Origin: Rhina ancylostomus
Taxonomy: Eukaryota
Reading direction: 5' to 3'
Length of the DNA stretch: 64,000 nt
NCBI GenBank assembly: GCA_030265395.1
Contig: JARFYF010000053.1
Coordinates: 15,404,515-15,468,514, forward strand
Below are positions 11,167 through 23,000 of this stretch, in pieces. The position numbers and the translations under genes were made by a program. The notes beneath the pieces were generated by a model. The model saw only the letters and a program-made list of their open reading frames with translations, ran no database searches and had not been told where the DNA came from. Positions within the stretch are counted from its first letter, which is position 1, and each line of letters begins with the position of its first letter.

Positions 11167-11199
11167 CAGTAGCTTCAGCTTGATTATTTCCATTTTCCA
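11167..11199 (-). CDS. RNF34: RNF34 33-nt small exon, phase 1-1, (L)ENGNNQAEAT(x)
   Basis: gttttcttttgttgcAG|tggaaaatggaaataatcaagctgaagctactg|GTAAGT. Joins in frame with the upstream exon across an 88-nt intron to give ...EENRKFLENGNNQAEAT, similar to the 'EENRKSLEN...' linker I recall from fish RNF34. Confidence 0.8.
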
Positions 11200-11287
11200 C
11201 TGCAACAAAAGAAAACGATTGGAAGTCACATTTTGAATTGTTATCAGATTTCCAAAAATCTTTTGCAAAATTAACTTTCAAACTTAC

Positions 11288-11501
11288 AAAATTTGCGATT
11301 TTCTTCCATTTCTTTGTATAACCTGATCACTCTTTCCACCAATTCCCATTTTTCACAACAACCCGAATAACTGACGAAGTTGCGAGCCAGTATTTCCTTA
11401 AGTTGACGAACAGTCAATGCTTCAACGTCATCAGTACTAGATAGGTCTGATAGTGAGACTCGTGTATTTTTAGGTTGATTGTCGTCACTTGTTCCATTTG
11501 C
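11288..11501 (-). CDS. RNF34: RNF34 (CARP1) internal exon encoding the second SAP/HeH-like region, 214 nt, phase 0 to phase 1
   Basis: Translation [71 protein letters not shown] matches RNF34 ([56 protein letters not shown]) better than its paralog RFFL (YKGCC...RLYKDQK). Acceptor tttttgttgcAG (11502-11503), donor GTAAGT (11282-11287). No stops. Confidence 0.9.
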
Positions 11502-11670
11502 CTGCAACAAAAATCATGCACTATTGGTACAAATAGCTTTTGTGTTGGAATATTATGCTGCAGCTTCTAATCTACTAACACACAAAACAAATTTCTTACA
11601 CAGATGTGAAATTAATCGATGGGAAATATATATTATGATTTTGGATCAATCCTCAATAGATGCTGAAAAC

Positions 11671-11708
11671 ATCATAATAATAATAATAATAATAATCATC
11701 ATCATCAT
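11671..11708. repeat. (ATA)n/(ATC)n trinucleotide microsatellite
   Basis: atcataataataataataataataatcatcatcatcatag. Confidence 0.9.
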
Positions 11709-11756
11709 AGACCTATGGGGAGTGTGGAACATCATCGCTAGTGTGCCTGCTTTTTC

Positions 11757-13115
11757 TCTAATGAGGCTGAAGACAATCAAGTCTTTTGGACCTTAGGGCC
11801 AGCATCCTAGGATCTTAGAGGCAACGTCTGCAAATTTGGTTGCAATCTACCATAATTCTCTAGATTTGAGAGATTAAAGACCATTGAAAAAAAATTCAGA
11901 TGTAATGCCAGTTTTCAAGAAAGGAGGAAGATATACAACAGGAAATAAAAGGCCTTTTAGACTAACATCTCTCATTGGGAAATGCTGCAATCTATTATTA
12001 AGGAGGTAGTAACAGAACATTTCAAAAACCACAAGATAATCAAAAAGTATCAATATGGTTTTATGAAAGAAATACAAGTTTGCAGAAGTTCTTTGAGGCT
12101 CTAACATAAGGCAGATGAAGAACCACCAGTAGATATAGTGTACTTTGATCTCCGGAAGGCATTCAATAAGATGGCACAAAATGGTTACTGCACAAGATCA
12201 AGTTGACACATGAAATTATAGGCAATATATTGGCATGGATAAGAGATTGCCTAACAGAAAACAGTAGTGTGATAAATGGGGAATTTTCAGATTGGCAATC
12301 TGTTACCAGTGGAGTGCCACAGTGATCAGCGCTGGTTCTCAGCTATTTATTATATTGATGAATTGGATGAGTGCAATACAGGCAAATTTGCTGGTGGGTG
12401 AGCTAGCAAGATGTGAAGAGGACACAATAAGCCTGCAAAGGGATATAGACCAAGTGAGTGGGCAAGGATTTGACAAGTGATAAGACAAGAGGGATAGCAA
12501 ATTATTTGAAGGGAAATGACACTACAAAATATTGGAGTACATACTAATCTAGGGGTCCCTGTGCACGAAACAGTTACCATGCATGTACAGCAAATAACTG
12601 GGAGGGCTAATGGAATATTGAAAGTATAAATCAGGTTTTGACCACAACCAGAGTACTGCAAATGGTCTGGAGTCTTTTCTAAGAAAGGACACATTTGCAT
12701 TGGACTCACTGCAGAGTGTTCACTAGGTTTATGCATGAAGAAAGGTTCCCCCAAAACTCACTGCAGTATAGAACAATGAGACATGATCCTATGAAACAAA
12801 ATTCTGAGGGGAACTTGAGTGGATACCTATTGAGAATGTTGAGAATTTGGGAGGCACAGTTTCAGAGTAAAGGTTTACACATTTCAGACAGATGAGAAAT
12901 TTCTTTCCTCAGAATTGTGAATCTTTGGAATCTCTACCACCATGAGCTGTGGGGCAGAGTTACTTAATATATTTTGACAGATTTTTGAACTATGATGGAA
13001 TCAAGACCTATGGTAAGGGCAGGAAAATAGTGCTGAGGAAAAGACTGGATCATTCGTAAGTAGCAGAGTCAGCTCAAGGGACCAAATGACCTACTCCTGC
13101 TTCTTACATTTATGT
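11757..13115 (+). mobile_element. CR1 LINE, decayed RT region to 3' tail
   Basis: 'gcatcctaggatctta', 'ttttcaagaaaggaggaag', 'gaaggcattcaataag', 'accagtggagtgccacag', 'tgtgaatctttggaa', tail 'ccaaatgacctactcctgcttc'. Many stops and frameshifts. Confidence 0.9.
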
Positions 13116-13207
13116 CCCCAACCTGATTCAGGAACCTCCCGCTGTCAATGATAGAAAATTTTCTTTGAACTTGCAGTGCTGCAAATCATCTTAAAAGAGG
13201 TTTAATA

Positions 13208-13478
13208 CAGGTGACCCCCATGGTACGGGAGGTTTGCATTCCTATAAAATTGTCCATATTGTGATTTTCCATAACGGAAAACCCATCCATCATCTGACAA
13301 GAAATGAGAGTTCAAAAAAAATCATTTTTATCTACTTTCTCCCCCTCACATAAATTCATAAGAGCAAATTTTCATTCCATATCCCAGATTTTGTTGGTAG
13401 TGGTTTGTGAATTCTTAAAGTGCAAATTTCTGTTACCCAAACTACTGTAACATGGTTGGGGGGGGGGTGCACACCTTA
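13208..13478. mobile_element. Tc1/mariner (Tigger-like) MITE
   Basis: Starts TA|CAGGTGACCCCCATGGTAC, ends GTAACATGG...GGGGTGCACACCT|TA (imperfect TIRs, TA flanks). Confidence 0.55.
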
Positions 13479-14837
13479 TATACATGTACTACACTTTTTA
13501 TGAACTAACAAAATTAATATTATTCATAATCTTCTTATTCCAGGTTTGCAGATATGCACAATAGTAAATTTACAATTTTCTTTTGTTTATATGTATTCTG
13601 ATCTTTTCTATTGTATTGTACTTTTTCCCCTTGTTTAAAAAATATGCTTAATGTAAGAAATGTACAGGGAAAAGTGCAATTCCTCATTTTTCATGCATTC
13701 CTGCAATATAATTAGTTTTGTCAAATTCAGAACAATGGTCCATGCACTTTGCCTTAAACCAGTATAGAAGTCCTTCTGGATGACAGGAACACTTCCATTT
13801 TCTACAGCACTTCTTTTAAGAAAAAAAATAAAACAAATGCTGGCTTCTGCTTCTTTAACAACTTCACTCTTTCTAATTCCCTTGCCTAGCCACTTACATA
13901 AAGATGCAGAAAAGTGGTCGATTTACTCCAACTAAACATAGCTGACTCAGCATTAATTGCCAAAGGCAGGGGGTGGATAAAGATTCCCAAATGTTACAAT
14001 AACTTTCATTCAGCACTGGATTCAAAGGTCACATTGATATTTTTTCTGCATTTTGAATCTATCTCCCCTGATTATCATTATAAATTCCTTAAGCTATTAG
14101 TATAGTCCTAATCTCAATTAAGAGACTAGCATTGGAAAATCATTTCCATGTCATGGACAGTATGGTCAGAGAACTATGATTTTACCTTTTGGAGTGGGCC
14201 ATTTTTATTTTGGACTAGCTGCTATACCCAGTGTTGCTTGGGTTATTATGCTGGCAACCTTGATGTTTGCATTTATTTCCATGCAATCAGGTTTTATAGC
14301 ACTCCTTNNNNNNNNNNNNNNNNNNNNNNNNNNNNNNNNNNNNNNNNNNNNNNNNNNNNNNNNNNNNNNNNNNNNNNNNNNNNNNNNNNNNNNNNNNNNN
14401 NNNNNNNTGATTTAATCTCTTACCAAAAGAGAGCATCTCCAACAATACAGCACTCTGCCAGAACTGTAAAGCAGCCTCAGCCTAGATTTTTGTGCTCAAG
14501 TTTCGAGTGCAGGACTCAAATCTTCTAACCCAAGAGGCAATAATCCCACTAACTGAGCCATGGCTGAAACACATTCACCCTCAATCTCACCTGCCCACCT
14601 GGAAATGTCCCCACCCTAAACTTTCTGTTTTGCTTCCAGCTTGGTCACTTGTAGCTTCTGCAGCTGATATTTGAAACTTTCAGCACAGGGAATATTGCAA
14701 GTACAAGGTGAAAGGGAATCCTGAGGATGCATGGAATACAGGATCCTGTTTGAATAAGACTTGATGTGACCAGAAACAACTGGAGGAATTGGGGAGATAA
14801 TCCTTCGCACCCCTGGCCTGACTATTATCTGTGACTA

Positions 14838-15065
14838 AAAACAAAATACTCAAAATCCTCAGAAGGTCAGGCTACATCTGTGGAAGGAGAAACAGTGAAC
14901 ATTATTGGTTCAGTACCTCTTGTTAGAACTCTGAAATAAATCTGATAAAGGGTCCTGGACCTGAAATGTTAGTAGTTCCTCTTTCTACAGATGCTGCCTG
15001 CCCGGCTGAGTATTTGCACCATTTCTGTATTTATTTCAGATTTCTAGCATCTGCAGTTTTTTTAA
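14838..15065. mobile_element. Penelope-derived fold-back (inverted-repeat) element
   Basis: Left arm ctcagaaggtcaggctacatctgtggaaggagaaac pairs with right arm ttcctctttctacagatgctgcctgcccggctgag, followed by 'atttcagatttctagcatctgcag'. Confidence 0.8.
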
Positions 15066-16629
15066 ATTTTCTAATATTTGTGCTGATTCCCCCTGTGTTA
15101 TTCTGTACTATAAAAGGCTTCACATAAAATAAAGAAGATTCCAAATTTCTGCAGAACCGTTAATATTCTTAGGACATCCTAATTTGTTTTACTGTGAAGT
15201 GAAGTTACTGTAAAATGCCCCTTCTTTGTTTGATTGGCAAACCCAGGGGCAATTTATACACAGCAAGCTCCTACCAACTGCAAGTGAGATACATGACCAG
15301 TTAATGTGTTTGGTGACGTTGACTGAAAATGCAGTCTGGTCTCAGCATCAAGAGAACTAACCCCCACATCTTTTCATTGTGCCTCTTTTGCACCAGTTTC
15401 CTATGACATTGAACCCTCTAAAACTTGTGCTGGCCTCTTATTTTTGACATTAGCAGCCTGTAATGCACCTCCAACATTCTCTATCTTCATTCCTTAACAA
15501 TCAATCTTTTTCTGAACATTCCCTTTAAAATGAACCCATTCGTGAGGGAGCTTTTCAATAAGTGACTGAACTAAAATCTATCAGCCAAATTATGACATTA
15601 ACCTAAGCAAAGTGAAGGTGAAATTTGAAGGGGAAAATTAAAATGAGAACAGATCTAATTGTCCACCCAATAACAAGTAACAGATTTGCAGCACATGTTA
15701 GCCTGTCTAGACCACACAGCCTGGCACCCAGTGAATCTCACTTCAGTTGGTTACTGGCTTTGAGCCCAACAGTTTCATAAAGAAACAGAGCTTATATTCT
15801 GGATGTCTGTGATATAAAAAGGCTGACACGTGGGCTGAAGTGAAAGGCCATGTACTTGACCGGGGTTACTGTGTTAATGCAAATGGTATTTTGGCACTCA
15901 AGGAAGTATTGGGAGTGAATTGGACTCTGGACAAAGATGCAAATGGCACTGAAAATACTAAAAGACATCACCTGCATTTACAGACTGCCCTTTTCGGCCT
16001 CAGGACTTCCCAAAGGATTTCACATTTTGAAGTGCTGTCACTATTATAATGTAGTGAAATGCAGTAGACAGCTTATGCACAGCAAGATCCCAGAAAAAAA
16101 GCAATGGGATAACTGCCAGATCATCTGTATTAGTGATTTTGCTTGAGGGATGTTAGTCATGGAAATTTGATGACCCCCCCCCCCCCGATGACTAGAACAC
16201 CAGGAAGAACTCTTCTTCGGTTAGAGCCACAAAGCCTTTCTGAAAGACCTCAAGAATGAGAGATAGAATGACACAAAATTAAGATGGACTAGGATTTATC
16301 TTTAAGAATAAACAGCTCATTTTTGCTGAAGTATTTCGCTCTGAGTGGAATGGTTGATGCTATGGTTTAGAAAGACAATTGCCATTTTACCTCAAAACCT
16401 TGTTTCACTTCCAATTTGGTGGCATGGATGAAAGTGCAATGAACTTGACGGCTGTTCAGATTCAGGAATAAAGTACACATGCTATTCAGCTTCTGCTGGA
16501 TGTGAATCTATAGAGCATAAATTGGATTTAAAGATATTAATGTGGGGGAAGGGTAGGAATCAAATGTATTATGCCACACAAGCCCTCTGTCTGTGTGTAA
16601 TTGCAGGTAAGTAAAATCAGGAATTTGAT

Positions 16630-17140
16630 CCTGGAACCAAAAGGTGAGAGTTCAAACCCCACTCTTGACCTGAAGCATGCAACCTAGGCTGGTGTCATTG
16701 ATAATAATAGAGAATCATGGAAATACTCAGCAGATCTCCAGCACCTGTGCAGAGAAAAAAACATTTCATCTTTCAGATCGACGATCTTTTGTCAGAACAG
16801 TTAATTGTCTTCGTCTCTCCACAGATGCTGCCTGGCCTGCTGAGAAATTCCAGCATTTTCTGTTTTTATTTCAGATTTACAGCATCTGCAGTTTTTGCTT
16901 TTTGATTCATTGTAGTGATGGAATGTGGAAGTGAAGTCCCATTTGCTAATTAAGACTGATGCTAAAGATCTCATGGCACTATGTGAAGAACAGCTGGGCT
17001 GTTTCCGCCTACAATATTCCTGACTGAGTTCTTACCGCATTGCTGTTTGTAGGATCTCCCTGAGTTCAAATTGTCTGCAACATTGGTGCCTGCAAAACTA
17101 TGGTGACTGAACTCAAAAGCACTTTAGGATCGGGGAAGTC
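16630..17140 (+). mobile_element. Deu-domain SINE interrupted by a Penelope-derived fold-back element (16715-16885)
   Basis: Head 'aaggtgagagttcaaaccccactc' and body 'taaagatctcatggcactatgtgaagaacagc', split by 'ggaaatactcagcag...ctccacagatgctgcctggcctgctgag'. Confidence 0.7.
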
Positions 17141-17154
17141 CCGAGCAGGAAAGA

Positions 17155-17978
17155 GTCATAGAGTTATACGGCACAGAAATGGGCCCTTCGGCCTATCATG
17201 TCCATGCTGGCCGTTTTGACCAGCTACCCTAATCCCATTTGCCAGCACTAGGTCCATTATCCTTCTTTGCCCTTCCTATTTAATTGCCTGCCTAAATGTC
17301 TCTTAAATATAGTGATTGTATCAGACTCCGCCCCTTCTCAGGCAGTGAGTTTTAGATACCAGTCACTCTCAGTTTAACAACTTTCTCACCAAATCCTCTT
17401 TAAAGCTCCTTCTTCTCATCTTAAACCTATGCCCTCTTTTTTGGATACCCGTACTATGGGATAAAAATTCTGACTATCTGCCTTACCTATGCCTCTTATA
17501 ATTATATACCTCTCCATCAGGTCACCCTTCAGCCTTCTTCACCGCAGGTAAAACAAGCTTGGCCTATCCAATCTCTCCCAATTCCTAAAGTTCTTCAATC
17601 CATTCAATTTCTCGAGCAGTTTGTTTTTTTGCCCCAACTTTTACATTCAATGCCGTAATCTATGAAGGCAAGCATTCCAAATGCCTTCTTCACCTCACCG
17701 TCTACCTATGTTGACACTTTCAGGGAAATATGGACTTAAATCCGAAGGTCCCTCTGTTCATCAACATTGCTTAGCCCCTACCATTTGCTGCATATGTCCT
17801 CTCCCTATTTGACTTCTCAAAATGCATCGCCTCACACTTGTCAGGATTAAATTCCATCTGCCAATGCTCTGCTTATCTTTCCAGATGATCTGTATCCTGC
17901 TGTGGCCTTAGACAGCCTTTCTCACTAACCACAACAGTGCCAACTTTTGTGTCATCCGCAAACTCACTAATCATACCC
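17155..17978 (-). mobile_element. CR1 LINE 3' portion (~820 bp)
   Basis: Tail 'gtcatagagttatacggcacagaaatgggcccttcggcc', then 'atcaggtcacccttcagccttc', 'cacacttgtcaggattaaattccatctgcca', 'tttgtgtcatccgcaaact' (FADDTK on the minus strand). Confidence 0.9.
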
Positions 17979-19469
17979 CTGCAAGATGAATGGTCTTGGT
18001 AGAACACAGGTAAAATCTAATCACTCTCCAAAGAAAGTGATCAAATAACATCTTTGGACCTATTGTGATCTGGGCTCATATTCTCAAGACTTGTGCCATG
18101 CAGATAAAGCACAATGATTTCTCCTTGTAAACCTTTGGTTAAGTTGGGAAAAAGGCAGCCAAGAAAAGAGTGGGATGTTGGCAAATAAGTTGCTGTGTTT
18201 CCATTAGGTTGACTCAAAGGGCATTGGATACTGGGTTAGAAATGTCTCTTAGTAATGCTGAGGGCATACTTTAGATAATAATTTATAGTGTGAAACATAT
18301 TGATCTAGGAAATCAGATTCATCGTGCTGTTACTTTGGACTGCAACATAATTGCCATCAATGTTCAGTTAATTTGCACCACTCTGAATGTTCAACCCAAT
18401 GCTACTGGTTGGAATCACCCTTGTATATCTGACATAATTTCTATACCAGGTGGACATGGAATGATATCACCCCTGTTTCCAGAGCATTGTCCAGGCAAAA
18501 TAATACTTGTTCTTCAACCTTCTTGCCCATTTTTAGCCATAAGCACAGGCCTATAAACTCTTGTGCACCCAAAACAGGAATTGGATTGGCCAGTGGCCAA
18601 GGGGCCTATTCTGTGGCCAGCAGAACAGGGTTCTCAGGGTTCTGTGATTAATGATTGGGGTGGGGGAACCTGGAGAAGGATGACTGGGGGGTCTGGCGAT
18701 GGTGGTTGGGGGGGGGTGGGGGAAGGAAGTTGATTGTGAGTCATTTCGTGTCCATGTGATGAATTGTTGGGAACCGTGGAGGGAGACACTTCAGAGCCCA
18801 CTGGCAGATGGATTGACTTGGGCAGGGCAGAGAGACTTTGGAGGCTAGTGATGGATGGCCAATGGGGAGACCCAATGGGGCCCAATTGTGGATGGTCAGA
18901 GGGGAATGTCAGATCAGGGCCCAGAAATGGACAGATAATCATATGGCCACACTTGTGGGACCACAGAATGGGAGAGAGATCGTGAAGGGGTGGTATGGTG
19001 CAAGCGTGTACAGAAGGGTGATTCAGTGCTCTACTGAAGAGGTAGTGTGTTGGAGATTGGGAGAATGGGGGCCACAGTTTGAAAAGTAATTGGGAGACTG
19101 GAAATTGTGATTAATACTTTTAACTCTGGAAAAAAAATCAGTTTTCAACACAGAAAAAAAACATGCAAACAAGCTTGGTAGTTCCAGGCTCAAACAACAT
19201 TCATTTTTCTCCTTACTTTTTGGGGGTCAATCCTTCTACCCCTCTGCGTCATCCCCAACTGCAATGTTACCCCAGCCCCTGAATCCTCAGTCAAGCCCCC
19301 AATTTTCCACAGACGAAGGTTGCTGATTTTGACCAGCTACCACCCACATACCTCTCAGAAGGTCCAAACCACTGACCGTCTCTTGCTCCCAGAACCCCAG
19401 CCCCAGTCCAGTCCAATGCCAGATGTCATATTTGCCTTGTGCATTCCTCAGCATGTGAAGGAAAGTGTG

Positions 19470-19630
19470 GTAAGTGGGTGTTGCTGGTAGGGTCTATATT
19501 TATTGCTCATTGTTAATTGTCCTTGAGAAGGTGGTTATGAGCTGTCTGTTATTATAGTCCATATGGAGAAAGTAATCCCAAAGTACTGAGAGGATAAAGA
19601 GTTTCAAGGCTTTGATACAGTGACTCTGAA
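19470..19630 (-). mobile_element. 3' end of the LINE family also at 48000-48360 and 50340-51086
   Basis: 'gtgggtgttgctggtagggtctatatttattgctcattgttaattgtccttgagaaggtgg'. Confidence 0.6.
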
Positions 19631-20256
19631 GTAATGAGAATGTATTTCTTTTGCAACGTTTCAGTTGCATAACAAGCTACAGAAAAACAAAGATAAACTA
19701 CCCTAGTGGACATAACATATAAAACAGTTCCCTTTTATATTCAACAATGGAAATTCACACTGTTAAGTAAAATGGTCTGAAATGTTCACTTTAATTCAGA
19801 AGTGAATGTTCACTTTAATTCAGATGTCGAGTTGGCTTTGAGTCCCAGGTGACTGCAGGATCAGTCTTACATTGGTAGATAATCTGGGATAAGCCAAAAG
19901 CTGGGATCCACTTTCAGCCAACAAGAATGAGGCAGAACTACCCACTGAACTTTTGCTAAATGCTTATTTACTGAATCAGGCGCTTGCATTGCCTGAACTA
20001 ATTACAGTTGTGGAAGATCATTTGACCCATCTTAATTCAGCAAGATATTGAAAAAGTTCCAAGCCCTGGTTCATTCTTACATCCAATTATTGTTAAGTAA
20101 CTCCTAAGTTGCTTTCTTTTCATTATCTAGCTTTGTATTCCACACATTAGTCATAATTAGTCCAAAAAATTACATCCCAATATCTTCTTTTACTAGTTTG
20201 AAGCTCTCTTCTTTGAATTGACTCCTTGTTTCAATTTAAAGCAAAGTTATTGTTAG

Positions 20257-20460
20257 AAACAGAAAATGCCAGAAACACTGTTGATCAAACAGCATCTGTG
20301 GAGGGAGAGACAGAATAAATATTTCAGGTCAATGACTATTTTTCAGAACCAGTTCTAATGAAAGGTAATTGAGCTGAAATATTGCAGTCTGACCTGCTGA
20401 GTGCTTCTGACATCCTCTATTTTTGTTTCAGATTTCCTGCATCTGCAGTGTTTTACTGCA
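20257..20460. mobile_element. Penelope-derived fold-back element
   Basis: 'aaacagaaaatgccagaaacac...cagcatctgtggagggagagac' ... 'tctgacctgctgagtg...tttcagatttcctgcatctgcag'. Confidence 0.75.
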
Positions 20461-21240
20461 ATATATATTCTGGTTAAATGTTTTCTATTCCTGGAAAAAA
20501 TTATTATATCAGCTTTTTAGAATCAGATTTCCACATTTCTGGTCTTTCCAGAGAGCCCAGAACTCTGATCCTTGCGATTAATCTTGTGGTTCCTCTGTGC
20601 ACTGCCTCCAGTGTTTGAATGTCTCCTCCGCCCCTCTGTCTCAGTGACCAGAACAAGACACAAAGTTCACCACTTGCAATGACCAGAGGAATGGAACACA
20701 TGCTCCCAGAATCTGTGCTGCTAGTGATGGCTCTTCGAGTTCTATGCCTTCTGCTAGTCCCTGAGGGCCATCAGTAAATGTAATTTACACCAGCAATGAA
20801 AAAGGCACAGCACCTTCCCAAAAGGGTTAATTAAACTGGCAGCGTGATGGTGACTGGCTAGAAATTGCTGGTGAATAATGGGGTGTTAAAGGAACCTATT
20901 TAGGCCAACAATTTGCAGATTAACATTTCAAGAGGTGAAGACTGGAACCATTAATCTCCTCTTAACTCATTCATACTGTCAGGCTCTGGGACAAACCCCA
21001 GCATTATATACACAGATACTTTTACTTGACTTCGCAGCATTTAATTCCTGAAGTCCTGATCCTCCAGAGTAGCTAGTACAACCAAACATATATTACACAT
21101 TANNNNNNNNNNNNNNNNGCCGGGGGGGGGGGGTGGGGGGTGGGGGGGGAGGGGGGGAGAATGTTTGGGGAAGTGTATACTTTCAATTCTGTAATCCATT
21201 ACCAGAACACCAACCACCCCTTAATTTTCCAGATGCATTA

Positions 21241-21665
21241 ACTGTGGCTCAATGGGTAGCACACTTGACTCTGAGTCAGAAGGTTACGGGTTCAAGTCCC
21301 TCTTCAAAGAAACTTGAGTGTCTAATTGAAGCTGAGGCTCCCAGTGCAGCACTGTGGGAACGCAGCAGTATTGGTGTTGATCTCTTTCAAATGGGATATT
21401 AACTAAAGCTCTGCTTCCCCTCTCAAGCATATGTAGGGTAATCCATGGTGCTGCATTGAAGAAGAGCAGATGAAATGCACCTCCCATCTGTGCCTTGGCT
21501 AAAATTTCTCTCTCAAATAACAACACAAAAGATAGCTGTGCTTTTTGTGAGCACCTTCTGTTCACAAATTGATTGCTGTTCTCCCACAACACTGACTACA
21601 CACAAAAAGCACTTTGATGACTAATAAAGCACTTTGGACACCTCAAGGTTGGGAAATGCTATTTC
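21241..21665 (+). mobile_element. Near full-length Deu-domain SINE (SacSINE1-like)
   Basis: tRNA-like head gtggctcaatgggtagcacacttgactctgagtcagaaggttacgggttcaagtccc (A and B boxes), body 'atccatggtgctgcattgaagaagagcag', tail 'aagcactttggacacct'. Confidence 0.85.
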
Positions 21666-22329
21666 TTAAAATGTTTAGCACAACCACATGCGCACTGCAA
21701 TGGGAAGTCAATGAACCTCTCAGTTGCGGTTACCCCCACTATTTTCATTAAGCTTGAGGCCTAAGACATTTCACAGCCGATGACTTGGGGCGGAAGTGCC
21801 AATGATCACAGCTGATGATCAGCCAAGTGTCAGTGGTGGCAATGTTAAGTGGTGGGGTATGGTTTTGGAGTTTGGAAAATCTTGTGGTTGGGTGTTCAGG
21901 AGTAGGGCTGGGAGATTAGAGCGTGAGGGGATCAGGACCTATGGATGTGATGGAGGTGGATACCAGAAGGATGTAGCTCACCTAACAGGGTGTCAGGTTG
22001 CAAAGAGCTAGCTGTTCCTTGAATAGCAAGCGATGGAACAACTTTGTCTTGATTCTCCCACAAGACTCCAAAGGAAACCTTGCATTGTGAATGACATTAT
22101 TCCATGCACCCCAATGTAGAAGTCACATCAGGGGTATAGTGGTGACTCATGTTAGAATGGCCTGGTCAAATTTCCAGAGGGGTGCAAAACAATTTCTATT
22201 TGTATAATACTGAAAACATGTGTTATGAGGTCATATTTCTTGGTCACTATACAAATGCAGGCCTTTCTCTATACACCTGCAATTTGTAAATCAAAGGGGG
22301 ACAATTTACGAGTCACAATAAATTCTCTG

Positions 22330-23000
22330 ACCCTATGCTTCCAAATCCATATCTATTCTTCAGCAAAACTTCCACCTGTATAACAAAGTCTTTATCCATC
22401 AGCACCTCTGCTTACCTCTAATATGTAGCCATGCCTTCCCAGTCAATTTATCTCTCACCATCTATAATCTGAAGATCATCTAAAGCTTTGACTTCCCCCC
22501 AAACCACCGCCCCACCCCCCCCCCCTCCGCCCCACCAGTGTTGCTTATTCACATTGGCTCAAGATTCAAACTTACTGTCCCCTTTCTTGTCTTTCCTCCC
22601 AAACCCTGTTGCTTCCTACAAGTATCTGAAATCTCTGAGCTCATACGGTTCCTGGCTTTTAATGTCTCCCCCATTCCCTTTGTCCCATCATTAGCACCCA
22701 TGCTCTGAAACTTCCTCTTGAAACCTATTCATCTCTTCAAGATGCTTCTTCAAACCTNNNNNNNNNNNNNNNNNNNNNNNNNNNNNNNNNNNNNNNNNNN
22801 NNNNNNNNNNNNNNNNNNNNNNNNNNNNNNNNNNNNNNNNNNNNNNNNNNNNNNNNNGAAACTTCCTCTTGAAACCTCTTCATCTCTTCAAGATGCTTCT
22901 TCAAACCTTTTACCAAGCCTTTGGTCCTAATGTCTTCTTTGAACTACCCTGGGGCATTTTAGCACATTACAGAAGACTCGTAAATGCAAGTTGTTGTTTT
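22330..23000 (+). mobile_element. L2 LINE 3' fragment spanning a gap
   Basis: 'cacattggctcaagattcaaac', 'cttcttcaaaccttttaccaagcctttggtc', tail 'taaatgcaagttgttgtt'. Confidence 0.7.

Noticed and set aside
11671-11708. Microsatellite readable as DDDDYYYY on the minus strand, near where the RNF34 acidic exon might be expected
   Set aside because: No suitable splice sites or flanking RNF34 similarity; a simple repeat.
19780-19824. 20-bp near-tandem duplication aatgttcactttaattcaga
   Set aside because: Ordinary slippage-type duplication with no functional evidence.
21119-21160. G-run cluster with G-quadruplex potential
   Set aside because: Adjacent to a gap, so sequence quality is uncertain, and such runs are common in these genomes.
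21241-21300. tRNA-like A/B box sequence
   Set aside because: It is the head of a Deu-domain SINE and continues into the SINE body; no complete cloverleaf.
22707-22908. Apparent 51-bp direct repeat
   Set aside because: It flanks a 100-N gap and is best explained as an unmerged contig overlap.
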